Positions 15,453-23,807 of a DNA stretch of 34,004 nucleotides are shown here, piece after piece. The first letter of the stretch is position 1; each line of letters starts with the position of its first letter. The position numbers were made by a program, and so were the translations under genes. This DNA is from a virus: IMG/VR virus record IMGVR_UViG_3300017724_000029; one strand, 5' to 3'. Under the pieces are notes generated by a model. It worked only from the letters and a program-made list of their open reading frames with translations. It had not been told where the DNA came from and ran no database searches.

Positions 15453-15707
15453 TTAAGCTCCCTTTGCCATTTCTTCGTAGGTCACGTCTTCGTAACCCTG
15501 TTGTGGAGCCGCACTCAATGCGTACTCCTGTCGTGCCAGCTCATCACCTGCCGCATAGCCTTGCGAGTAGGCGTCACTCATGCGTGGCTTTAGCTCCATG
15601 TAACGACCGTAATAACCACACTCAAAACCATGCCGGTACTCCCTAGCCAACACTAAAGATATTTCTTTCCACCCTTTGGACATAACTGCTTCGTAATTAT
15701 CCGACAT
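15453..15707 (-). CDS. Hypothetical protein
   Basis: 84-aa ORF packed tightly within the early operon. Confidence 0.55.
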   Translation of the reverse strand: MSDNYEAVMSKGWKEISLVLAREYRHGFECGYYGRYMELKPRMSDAYSQGYAAGDELARQEYALSAAPQQGYEDVTYEEMAKGA

Positions 15708-15709
15708 CT

Positions 15710-16042
15710 TTAGCCTCCGTAAGCGCGTGCATTAACGATGATGTCAAACTGACGCTCAAGGTTTTGCTCAACAATCGGGCGGGCGTAATACCATAGCGCC
15801 TCACGCATATTGTCGATGAACGGGTCAGAAGCGCGCTCTGGCGCAAAGAGGTTTACGATGAACTCTTCTGGGTTATTAGCACGTAACATTGCCTCAGAAA
15901 GTATTTCACCGGTTTGATTTTCTATCTCAAGAATTAAGTAGCCGCGATCTTCAGGGCTAAACTCTTCGATTCGATCTAGGTCACCATCTATTTGGTCATA
16001 GAGGTCAACTGCGTCATACATTACATCCACTGTTCTTAGCAT
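15710..16042 (-). CDS. Highly acidic early protein, function unknown
   Basis: 110 aa counted from the ATG at 16042, with an AAGGGAG Shine-Dalgarno 7 nt upstream. It has 24 D/E against 9 R and no Lys. It is the first gene after the candidate early promoter. Confidence 0.55.
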   Translation of the reverse strand: MLRTVDVMYDAVDLYDQIDGDLDRIEEFSPEDRGYLILEIENQTGEILSEAMLRANNPEEFIVNLFAPERASDPFIDNMREALWYYARPIVEQNLERQFDIIVNARAYGG

Positions 16043-16053
16043 TGTAAGTCTCC

Positions 16054-16075
16054 CTTGTGTGCGACATTGCACAAG
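16054..16075 (-). promoter_or_regulatory. Leader inverted repeat that abuts the ribosome-binding site of the first early gene
   Basis: On the plus strand CTTGTG (16054..16059) and CACAAG (16070..16075) flank TGCGACATTG. An alternative register pairs TGTGC with GCACA. The stem overlaps the AAGGGAG Shine-Dalgarno (16050..16056). It shares TGCGACA with the 10.2-kb element. Confidence 0.4.
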
Positions 16076-16079
16076 AGAA

Positions 16080-16117
16080 ACAATAACAGCCTATGTTATA
16101 TATAACAACCCTTGTTA
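16080..16117 (-). promoter_or_regulatory. Candidate sigma-70-type early promoter overlapped by a palindromic operator
   Basis: On the minus strand a TTGTTA -35 (16103..16108) and a TATTGT -10 (16080..16085) are separated by exactly 17 nt. The palindrome TAACAACCCTTGTTA (16103..16117) covers the -35. The surrounding sequence is AT-rich and includes GTTATATATAAC. The region lies between the endolysin stop and the first early gene. Confidence 0.3.
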
Positions 16118-16132
16118 TTAGTTATATGGGTT

Positions 16133-16486
16133 TCAGCTACTATACGTCCATAAGACGGGAGTGGTTGTTCTATCGTCGACGTGTATAAACGTCCGTGCGA
16201 CACCGATAGAAAAGCCCATCTTCAAGGCTTCATGAACAATGTTCATTCTTTCAACGCCATTCGATACAGCTATGTCGGCAGCGCGGCCCTGGCAGTGCAT
16301 TCCCGTGCCTGGGGCGGCCTTAACGACCTCGCTGGGGTGGCTTGCATCTCTGTAGCCAGAGGTAATTTTAAACGGGAACCCGCATTTTTCTCGTAGCTCA
16401 TCTAGCTTATGCAAAAACGCCTGATCCATCTGATTGGAGTTAGTGTGGCTGCAGTTAAATTCTTCGAGTCTGAAGTGCTTGAACAT
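16133..16486 (-). CDS. Endolysin, peptidase M15A (zinc D-Ala-D-Ala carboxypeptidase-like) family
   Basis: 117 aa. FRLEEFNC...FLHKLDELREKCGFPFKITSGYRD...H..GRAADI...FIHVDDR is the M15 H-x(n)-D...H-x-D pattern. Confidence 0.85.
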   Translation of the reverse strand: MFKHFRLEEFNCSHTNSNQMDQAFLHKLDELREKCGFPFKITSGYRDASHPSEVVKAAPGTGMHCQGRAADIAVSNGVERMNIVHEALKMGFSIGVARTFIHVDDRTTTPVLWTYSS

Positions 16487-16863
16487 TATTTTTTCCGTAG
16501 GTTCATCAATTTGTCAGCTCCGCGTATGCCAAACGAAGCGCTAACAGCTAAGAATAACAAGTATTGATACCACTCAGGCAGGGTATCGAGTGCGGCGAAT
16601 GCCATATCTACACGCTCAATCACGGCAACATCATTCATGGCTATGGCGTAGCCAATCATAAAAATAGGTGCGGCTAGGCAAAGGGTCCAGAATTCGTCTT
16701 TCCAGCTATTACCACTGGCATCGGCCATCTTGTTTTCCCAAGAGGCGTCGTTTTGAATGACCTGTAGTTTTCGTTCATGTGTAGCTTTCTTTTCTTCAGC
16801 CTTGCGCTTGAAGTGGTCGCCGACAAGTCCAGTAAGTGGTCCTATAAGGGCTTGTAGTATCAA
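16486..16863 (-). CDS. Putative holin (3-TM, GTA-holin-like)
   Basis: 125 aa. It is TAATG-coupled to the endolysin. It has an N-terminal amphipathic segment, and hydrophobic helices FWTLCLAAPIFMIGYAIA and YQYLLFLAVSASFGI. The start is a TTG. Confidence 0.55.
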   Translation of the reverse strand: MILQALIGPLTGLVGDHFKRKAEEKKATHERKLQVIQNDASWENKMADASGNSWKDEFWTLCLAAPIFMIGYAIAMNDVAVIERVDMAFAALDTLPEWYQYLLFLAVSASFGIRGADKLMNLRKK

Positions 16864-17090
16864 CGCATAAACCCTAACAAAGTAATAAGAACGCCGATGG
16901 CCGTAAGAACGAAAGTGCCGCCGTACATTAACAAATTTTCAATGCGCTTAAACCCAGACTCAGCTTTGTTTTCTAGCTTGTCAAAGCGATCATGGTGATC
17001 ATCAAGCGTCTTTTGAATATTTGTATATCTCACTAAGCACTCTTTTTCGTGTGCCTCTAGCTTGATTAATGCTTCGCTTCCAACGTCCAT
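16860..17090 (-). CDS. Tail-anchored coiled-coil membrane protein
   Basis: 76 aa counted from the ATG at 17090. It is helical and charged, then has a C-terminal TM segment GGTFVLTAIGVLITLLGF. It sits next to the holin. Confidence 0.5.
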   Translation of the reverse strand: MDVGSEALIKLEAHEKECLVRYTNIQKTLDDHHDRFDKLENKAESGFKRIENLLMYGGTFVLTAIGVLITLLGFMR

Positions 17091-17094
17091 AGCC

Positions 17095-17625
17095 TCACCT
17101 ACTGAATGGCAACGAATCGAGAGCCTGCCACAAGTTCTCGATCTCCGTATCAACGCGCTTTAAAACGCGCTCTGTTTTATCTAATGACTGGACCCGGTTG
17201 TTTACCGTAAGTACAGCCTCTGCATTTGACTTCTCTACAGCGGCTATCCGATCACGCAAATCTAACAGATCTTGCTGTGCCTTCATTATAGCCTCTAAAT
17301 TAGTTCCTAGCTCGGCCAACTTGCCTTGTAACTCTGAGATATTGTTATCAGATAGCTGTTGTTCCATGTTCGATATGGCTACTTGATAGCCCTGCAAGCG
17401 CTCAGATTGCGAATCACGCAAGTCTTCAAAGCGACCCTGTACAACGGCAGTCTCAGACGTAGCCTTCGTTACGGAGCCTTCTAGAGCGTCAAGACGGCCA
17501 AAGAATTCTGCGCTTGCGTAAATTCCGCCAGCAATCGTTGACGCCGCTGTAAGCAAAATAGCGATCCAGACGCCTTTGATCTGCGTCCCGTTGCCTAAAT
17601 TTAACTCTAAGTCTTCAAGGGCCAT
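17095..17625 (-). CDS. N-terminally anchored coiled-coil protein (i-spanin-like topology)
   Basis: 176 aa counted from the ATG at 17625. A TM segment VWIAILLTAASTIAGGIYA is followed by about 130 aa of heptad-like sequence. No lipoprotein partner was found. Confidence 0.45.
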   Translation of the reverse strand: MALEDLELNLGNGTQIKGVWIAILLTAASTIAGGIYASAEFFGRLDALEGSVTKATSETAVVQGRFEDLRDSQSERLQGYQVAISNMEQQLSDNNISELQGKLAELGTNLEAIMKAQQDLLDLRDRIAAVEKSNAEAVLTVNNRVQSLDKTERVLKRVDTEIENLWQALDSLPFSR

Positions 17626-18472
17626 AAACACCTAACTCCGACAAACAAACCTCTTGGTCTTGAGCAAACCAACAACCACCTTGGGGGCTTGTATAGTAGA
17701 AAACTGATTCTGCACCTACGGACATAATCTCAGCGTCTTGCATAAAGTAAGAATTTACATCAAGCATTACGCTCATGCTGTACGACTCAAAATCCACACT
17801 GACGATTCCAGTTGCGTTATTAAAAAACGCGTCACCGGCATCACTATAACTCGCCGTATATTCTGCTGCGGCACTATTGGCTTCAGCAATTAGGTTTTCA
17901 TCGCTTGCGACTGCAAAGAAACTAGCGGCTTGTTGTGCAATTGATGCAACGTCATCCATTGATTGGTTGTATGACTCAACCTCCTCATCGGTTAAGACTA
18001 CGGATTCTTGGTTGTCATTAATGTAGTTCTGAACTTCGAGCGCGCCAGAGTCGTCTGGGCTATCTTGGTTTTGCTCTGCAAGGTTTGACAGCGTTGCAAC
18101 CTCGATTAGTGCGGTGGCGGCTTCTACGTAGTTGTCTACGGCGTCGTTTAACTGGTCCATTTGGTCAGAGGCTTGCTGCTCAAAAAAATCTTGTGCGCCC
18201 ATGTTGGTAAACGATCCAGCTTGCATGGCTTGAATAGCTGAATTGTAAGCAAGTTGTTTTTGTGAGGTTATGTAAGCGTCTTTGTTGGCAAGAATGTCGT
18301 TGCCAGGAATCCCTCCATTAGGAGCTGAATCCATCATTCCGCCTACCGCAATAATTCCGTTTGCAAAAGTTTGACGTAACGCAGTGCTTGCATCGACGAG
18401 TGAACTTAGCTCATTCGATTTCGCTTGCGCGGAAGCGATCAGACAGATTGCCAGTATCCACTTCTTCGACAT
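17615..18472 (-). CDS. Secreted, very acidic protein
   Basis: 285 aa counted from the ATG at 18472, with a GGGGAGGAGG Shine-Dalgarno. The Sec signal is MSKKWILAICLIASAQA|KS. The mature part is rich in D/E/A/S/N. Confidence 0.6.
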   Translation of the reverse strand: MSKKWILAICLIASAQAKSNELSSLVDASTALRQTFANGIIAVGGMMDSAPNGGIPGNDILANKDAYITSQKQLAYNSAIQAMQAGSFTNMGAQDFFEQQASDQMDQLNDAVDNYVEAATALIEVATLSNLAEQNQDSPDDSGALEVQNYINDNQESVVLTDEEVESYNQSMDDVASIAQQAASFFAVASDENLIAEANSAAAEYTASYSDAGDAFFNNATGIVSVDFESYSMSVMLDVNSYFMQDAEIMSVGAESVFYYTSPQGGCWFAQDQEVCLSELGVYGP

Positions 18473-19049
18473 CAACCTCCTCCCCTACGCCCAAAATGGC
18501 ATCGTAATATGCCTTGTTTTCTGCATACATCGGAATATGTAGCTCTGGATTTTCTTTAAGCTTTAAATAACTCCGGCGTCCAACCACAATTTTACCACGT
18601 TCTACTAGTGGACATGGACTACCCGATACCATCATGGCCTTATAAACATCCGGGTCTTGGCACATCAAACTTACGGCGCTGATCTTTAGTCCTAATTGGC
18701 TTAAAACTAAAGCGTTTGCCCTTCGGTTACAGAAAGGGTCCTGCTGATAAGTGCCGCGCGACAATCCAAAGCTAAACCCTTGGACGCCATTGGACGTGCT
18801 TTTTAAGCATGATTGAACGCCAGTGCTTATAAGGCTGGGAGCTACGGCAGTGCTGGTCGGCATCGATCTAGGGGCATTACCGTTGTAGGTCGTAGTTGAA
18901 TTGTTATTATTTGAGTTCTGCTGTGACAGATCACCTTCCAGGTTGTTGTCAGGCGACTCTGGAAGATTGTCTGGACCGTCTTGATCAATGCGTATTTCTT
19001 GCGCGCTTACAGGTAATGCCAACAGCAATAACAATAAAGCGCGGTGCAT
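18411..19049 (-). CDS. Secreted Cys-containing protein
   Basis: 212 aa. The Sec signal is MHRALLLLLLALPVSA|QE. An N/S/T-rich linker follows, then a domain with four Cys. It overlaps the next gene by 62 nt. Confidence 0.6.
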   Translation of the reverse strand: MHRALLLLLLALPVSAQEIRIDQDGPDNLPESPDNNLEGDLSQQNSNNNNSTTTYNGNAPRSMPTSTAVAPSLISTGVQSCLKSTSNGVQGFSFGLSRGTYQQDPFCNRRANALVLSQLGLKISAVSLMCQDPDVYKAMMVSGSPCPLVERGKIVVGRRSYLKLKENPELHIPMYAENKAYYDAILGVGEEVDVEEVDTGNLSDRFRASEIE

Positions 19050-19336
19050 TAGATCGTTCCTTCAACAATCCGCAACTTTTTAAAATCAGGGTCGTTCAGT
19101 TTGCGCATAATTAACTTACGCCGACCGTCTATATCGTTCCACGCAACCTTTTCTTCTTTCATCCATTGCGCCAGTAAGTGCATAGGAATCGATCCAACAC
19201 ACCACGACTCGGGCAACTTGCCGGCACCCATAGAGCGGAGCATCTGCGTGCGCTCAAGATATGGCGTGTTATCGAACTGCTTTTCGACTGTAAACGTGCC
19301 GTCGTTATTGTTGTGAAACTTCTCTTTAGTCTTCAC
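19049..19336 (-). CDS. Hypothetical protein
   Basis: 95-aa ORF that is TAATG-coupled to the downstream gene. Confidence 0.55.
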   Translation of the reverse strand: MKTKEKFHNNNDGTFTVEKQFDNTPYLERTQMLRSMGAGKLPESWCVGSIPMHLLAQWMKEEKVAWNDIDGRRKLIMRKLNDPDFKKLRIVEGTI

Positions 19337-19505
19337 TATTCTCTACCTTCTTCTTGCGCGGTGCGCGCTTTGGTTTTGGTGGTGCCGGCACAAATTCTAA
19401 ATTTGTTCCATGTGGAACAGCTTGGCTATCTGTTAGATCAACCATGTCGCCCCGGACGTGCCTCTTGCCGTCAATGAACAAAGTGCCAATTACTACTTTA
19501 TACAT
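19326..19505 (-). CDS. Hypothetical protein with a basic C-terminal tail
   Basis: 59 aa counted from the ATG at 19505, with a GGAGG Shine-Dalgarno 5 nt upstream. The track start at 19544 would lie inside the terminator hairpin. Confidence 0.55.
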   Translation of the reverse strand: MYKVVIGTLFIDGKRHVRGDMVDLTDSQAVPHGTNLEFVPAPPKPKRAPRKKKVENSED

Positions 19506-19514
19506 AGTACCTCC

Positions 19515-19538
19515 AAAAAAAAGGGGGCCGAAGCCCCC
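19515..19538 (-). terminator. Rho-independent terminator downstream of the major capsid gene
   Basis: The minus strand reads GGGGGC-TTCG-GCCCCC followed by TTTTTTTT. It begins 10 nt after the capsid TAA. Confidence 0.85.
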
Positions 19539-19548
19539 AACCACTCAT

Positions 19549-20505
19549 TTACGAAGTAGTGTTGTCAGCAATGATACCTGATGCCTTCTCGTTCTTACAA
19601 ACAAGAGTAAGCTCAGTTGTCACCTGACGTGTAGTCGCATCTCCAGTCTTAGCGAGAGCGATGTTCTTAGTTGGACGCAATACGCCAACACACCACATAT
19701 CAGACTGCATAACGAACACATCACGCGAACGGTTCTCACGCGAAGGAACAAACTCTACTGTACCCCAAGGAGTAACGTAGACATCCATGTGCTTGATAAC
19801 GCGCTCGTCTTCTGCCTTAACGGTAGAACGCTGGTTGTTGTTACCAGCAAAGCCGAGGGCTACGTTCATCTGGAAAGCTGACAAGTAGCAAGTGTCAGGA
19901 TTTCCGCCCTGCTCCCAGATAGACTGCATGACATCGTCAAACTTAGCCTGTGAGAAAGCAGTTGGAGTGCCGTCATCTGTACGTGCGTCAGATCCGTCAC
20001 CAGTTGGGTCAGCACCAGAGTTGCCTGATTGTGAGTTCACGTTAGTGATCATCCACGCAGGAGCGCCAGCAAGCTCACGAGCTGTAGTGCTGTTACCAGC
20101 CGCTCGTGCGTTGTTGTCGAAAAGCGCCTTCTCAATGTCAAGCTTCTGCTCTTTCGCAGTCTTGAGCATTTGGTAAGCGATTTCAGCTGCACGACCTGCC
20201 TTCTTCAGACCTTCGTCTGTGTCAGGAATTACTACCGCGTTCTTAAAGATTTGCGTGTAGTTGCCGAGACGTGAAGTCGCAGTACGCGCAGAAGCAGTAG
20301 TTGCATCGCCTTCAATGTGAGCGTTAGCTGCTGAAGAACGAAGTGCATCTGTTTGCCACTCGTGCAAAGTGTTAGCTGCCTTTACTTTCGCGCAAGCAGT
20401 GTAAAAAGGAGTCTCTTCTGGTGATACGTCATAGATGACGTCAGAAAGATCTTCCCGGATGCCGACAGCATCATAGCTGTCAAAAGTGTTGGATGGCTGT
20501 GCCAT
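19549..20505 (-). CDS. Major capsid protein (SU10-MCP/DUF5309-like)
   Basis: 318 aa. SYDAVGIREDLSDVIYDVSPEETPFYT...LHEWQTDAL is the signature N-terminal region of this capsid family. A scaffold gene lies upstream and a strong terminator downstream. Confidence 0.9.
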   Translation of the reverse strand: MAQPSNTFDSYDAVGIREDLSDVIYDVSPEETPFYTACAKVKAANTLHEWQTDALRSSAANAHIEGDATTASARTATSRLGNYTQIFKNAVVIPDTDEGLKKAGRAAEIAYQMLKTAKEQKLDIEKALFDNNARAAGNSTTARELAGAPAWMITNVNSQSGNSGADPTGDGSDARTDDGTPTAFSQAKFDDVMQSIWEQGGNPDTCYLSAFQMNVALGFAGNNNQRSTVKAEDERVIKHMDVYVTPWGTVEFVPSRENRSRDVFVMQSDMWCVGVLRPTKNIALAKTGDATTRQVTTELTLVCKNEKASGIIADNTTS

Positions 20506-20516
20506 GATAAATACCT

Positions 20517-21464
20517 CTATTCAAGAATTAAGCTCATAGCATCATTGATGCTTCCTGAGCGTTTAAGTTTAGATCGAGCTTGCCTGCCTTGATTGCGATT
20601 AGAAGACGTCTTCTTTGATCCAGCTTTAACGACCTTTGATGGCTTTGGCTTGGCTTTTTGTACAGCCCTTTCCTTTCCATCTTTAATCTCTTGATACCGC
20701 ATGGCGTCTCGCAATACTCGGATTGCTCGGTGGTCCATGACAGATGAGATTTCTTCGGCTGAATAACCATATACCTCTGACCCCATGCGCAGCATAGTGT
20801 CTCGGACTGTGGTCGCCTTTTCTGGGTCGGCAAAATCAGGATCAACCTGACGTAGCGTTTCCATCTCGCGCTCTAAATAGGCTTGTTGTGCTTGCTGTTG
20901 AGCTTGTTGCTGGTAAGCAAACGTCTGTTTCATTTGCATCATATCGGTCTGATATTTCTGCATTTCTTTATCGTAACGAGCTTTGTCTTGCGTGTACCCA
21001 ATAGGGTCAGACTCAATCAAAGCCTCGTCCGGTGCCACTGGTGCTTTTGCAAAGCCGGGGTTTTGCATCTGTTGATACAAAGACAGTACGGCCTCACCAG
21101 CATTCGCCAGTGTCGCATTAGCGGTTTCAGCTTTCTTTCGCAGGTCAGCGACTTCCTGCATACCCTTCTGAATGTATTGTTGACCACTATAACCGCGCTG
21201 TAGCTCATCTAGCGTGACCTCGACTTCCGTTCCGTCTACCTTGACGGTGAAAATTTGAGGCTGCTCTTCTTCGGCTACTTCCGGCTCTTCTTCGTCAACG
21301 TCAGGATCGGGTTGCTCCTCAGTCTCCTCGTCTAAGTCCTCTTCAGGTTCCTCGACTTCTGCTACTTCGGGCGCTTCTTCCTGCTCTGGCTCCTCGTTTT
21401 GAACGAGAAGGTCTACTGCTGATTCGATGCTGCCATCGAACGTTACTTCATCAGTCGTTTCCAC
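20517..21464 (-). CDS. Scaffolding protein
   Basis: 315 aa. It has a poly-acidic N-terminus (EEPEQEEAPEVAEVEEPEEDLDEE...), a helical Q-rich body and a basic C-terminus. It lies between the portal and capsid genes. The start is GTG with an AAGGAGA Shine-Dalgarno. Confidence 0.7.
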   Translation of the reverse strand: METTDEVTFDGSIESAVDLLVQNEEPEQEEAPEVAEVEEPEEDLDEETEEQPDPDVDEEEPEVAEEEQPQIFTVKVDGTEVEVTLDELQRGYSGQQYIQKGMQEVADLRKKAETANATLANAGEAVLSLYQQMQNPGFAKAPVAPDEALIESDPIGYTQDKARYDKEMQKYQTDMMQMKQTFAYQQQAQQQAQQAYLEREMETLRQVDPDFADPEKATTVRDTMLRMGSEVYGYSAEEISSVMDHRAIRVLRDAMRYQEIKDGKERAVQKAKPKPSKVVKAGSKKTSSNRNQGRQARSKLKRSGSINDAMSLILE

Positions 21465-21703
21465 GGTACTGATCTCCTTTGTTGTTTATCGAAGATAGCT
21501 TCATCCGTAAGGATGACTGCCATGCGATCTTCAATCTTCGCTAATGCCCTTACAATTTGATGGGCGTCTTCCCGGTCTTCCGAAGAAGAGTGCGGGTTTA
21601 GGAAGACATTGGCTGTGTCTTCTCTAATTTCATCTAACAGCATATTGAACGATTCATCATTCTTGAGGCGCTTAACGTGCGCCGCACGATCTTTGATGTT
21701 CAA
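21443..21703 (-). CDS. Hypothetical protein between the portal and scaffold genes
   Basis: 86-aa ORF. The TTG start is uncertain. It overlaps the scaffold start by 22 nt. Confidence 0.45.
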   Translation of the reverse strand: MNIKDRAAHVKRLKNDESFNMLLDEIREDTANVFLNPHSSSEDREDAHQIVRALAKIEDRMAVILTDEAIFDKQQRRSVPWKRLMK

Positions 21704-21704
21704 A

Positions 21705-23807
21705 TCACATACCCATAGGATTTCTAGGTGCGTTTTGTAGCTGTTTAATTCGTTCTACATCTACGGCTGTGCCGTACTTACCGATAATTTCTGCCGCGCT
21801 AATCAATAGGTTTTGATCCAACTCATCGCGCTTCAAGTCGTCATTGGCCATAGCCTGCTGGGCATCCAGCATCATCTTCTGCTGGTCTAGCTGAGACTTG
21901 GCCATAACCTTCATTTGGTCTGACTGCATCTTAGCTTGCATCTTCATTTGCTCTGCCTGCAAATACGCCGCATTAGGATCGCCTTGTTGCTGCTGACCCT
22001 GCTGTTGCTGTTGCATCATCATCTGCTGTTCCATAGCTGGATTAAGAGGCATAAAGTAGCGCTCAGAGTTGCGGACGCCATTGATCGCCAGTATGTCAGA
22101 TAAAGTGTTTCTTATGTTTGACAGAGAAACCATGCCATTGCCAGGGCCGTACGATTGGAATATTTGGATTTGCATTTGTAACGCTTGGTTGAGTACAGCG
22201 ACCTTTTGGTCTTCTCTACCCGTGCCGAGACCCACGTTAATCGATACGTCCATGCCGGTATTCCATGAGCGGGGATCGACAGGCACATAGCTTTGGCCCT
22301 GTAACCGCATCATCTGCTCTTCATCGACGTTCTCTACCATGACCTTTAGCATAAGCCTAAACATCTGACGCATACCGCCTTCGGCAAGGTTTCGAGCCAT
22401 TACTTCAATCTGCGCCGCCTGAGCCTGCATAGTAGCCGCTACAGCAGTAGCCGTTGTGCTTTGCAGTGCATCAGGTGATAAGCCAGTAGAAGCTTTCGTG
22501 ACCCCAGTCTTATCTTCTACCTGCTGATCGAAATATTGTAAGGCAGAAAGGGTCTGACCTGCGACGAACGGGACAGCTTGTGGCTGAATAGCGCCTGACT
22601 GCTTAACGCGGATGATCCCGCCAATCTCATTGTTTAGTAGGTCATCGACGTTTACTGCTCCGTCTACAATCTCTACGCGAGGGTTGTTAGTCAGTGCGAC
22701 GTTGTCCAATACACCACGAAGCATAGCTGTAGCCGCGTCTTGGTCATTTAAAATAAGGTCAGCAACCGACCGGCCATAGAATGTATGCGGCTCAGGGTCT
22801 ACTTCAAATACAGCAAACGGGATTTGTCCGCATGGCTCATAGTCCAATAACTTGTACTGATTTCCACCTAATGTGACCTTGTGTAACTGCGCTACTCCAG
22901 TGCCGTTTACGTCAATCTTAATATATGCCTCTGTCACAGCCACTAGACGCATTGAGGGGTCTTGTACGTCCTCGTCAGAGTAATCCTCTTCGTACCCTCT
23001 ACGTTGGTACTCCTCAACCTCAGAGAACGTGTCAGAGTGTTGTAGGCCGCTTAGATCGTAGACTTCTTCGTAGTCATAACCCATAGCCACCAAATCGCCC
23101 ACACGCATTTCTGTACGATGAGCAACAACGTAATAATCATCGATAGAGCGTGAGTTACGATCAATGAAAAACTCTTCCGGAGGTACACTTTCAATGCACA
23201 TCTTGCCTTTTTCGACCGTGCGAGCAATCTTAAGGTCATGGCGCGGAGCTTCCATTTCCATGCCCATTTGGTCCATTTCCATGACCATTTGAGTTGTGTG
23301 CTCCAATACCTCAACGTCGTCTTCATTAACGAGTACAGAAAACTCCATGTCGTTAAGATCTTGGAAATCGTATATTTCTTGCTCTTGGTAAGTATCCCAG
23401 TAAACCTTGACGACACCGACCTTCTTAATGAGCGCATCGTGTATTGCATCGTTAAGCACCCTATAGCCGTTTAGCTCATTGAACTGATAGTGCATATACT
23501 TAGTGGCCTGCTCAGCCATCTGTACGTCTTCTTGGTTACGTGGCACAAACTCTACCGGCTTGTCAGTAGACAGAAATACACGCATCAAAGACGGCTTAAT
23601 AGCCCGTACGGTATCCCGTACCTTTGTAGAGACGACCTTAGACCGGCCATCTTCTTCACCGATATCGGTTTCACCATCAAAGTAACGCTGTGCCTTTATT
23701 CGGTCTTCAGCAATCTCAGATTCACAGAAATCAACGGCGTCTTGTATTGCCTCGCGTGCAATGCCCTCAATGTCCTGCTCTGTCATTGGTTTTAAATCCA
23801 TAGTCAT
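21705..23807 (-). CDS. Portal protein
   Basis: 700 aa. The N-terminal region AQRYFDGE...VVSTKVRDTVRAIKPSLMRVF is typical of portals. The C-terminus is a long Q/M-rich helical barrel-like tail. The gene is followed by scaffold and capsid. Confidence 0.85.
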   Translation of the reverse strand: MTMDLKPMTEQDIEGIAREAIQDAVDFCESEIAEDRIKAQRYFDGETDIGEEDGRSKVVSTKVRDTVRAIKPSLMRVFLSTDKPVEFVPRNQEDVQMAEQATKYMHYQFNELNGYRVLNDAIHDALIKKVGVVKVYWDTYQEQEIYDFQDLNDMEFSVLVNEDDVEVLEHTTQMVMEMDQMGMEMEAPRHDLKIARTVEKGKMCIESVPPEEFFIDRNSRSIDDYYVVAHRTEMRVGDLVAMGYDYEEVYDLSGLQHSDTFSEVEEYQRRGYEEDYSDEDVQDPSMRLVAVTEAYIKIDVNGTGVAQLHKVTLGGNQYKLLDYEPCGQIPFAVFEVDPEPHTFYGRSVADLILNDQDAATAMLRGVLDNVALTNNPRVEIVDGAVNVDDLLNNEIGGIIRVKQSGAIQPQAVPFVAGQTLSALQYFDQQVEDKTGVTKASTGLSPDALQSTTATAVAATMQAQAAQIEVMARNLAEGGMRQMFRLMLKVMVENVDEEQMMRLQGQSYVPVDPRSWNTGMDVSINVGLGTGREDQKVAVLNQALQMQIQIFQSYGPGNGMVSLSNIRNTLSDILAINGVRNSERYFMPLNPAMEQQMMMQQQQQGQQQQGDPNAAYLQAEQMKMQAKMQSDQMKVMAKSQLDQQKMMLDAQQAMANDDLKRDELDQNLLISAAEIIGKYGTAVDVERIKQLQNAPRNPMGM

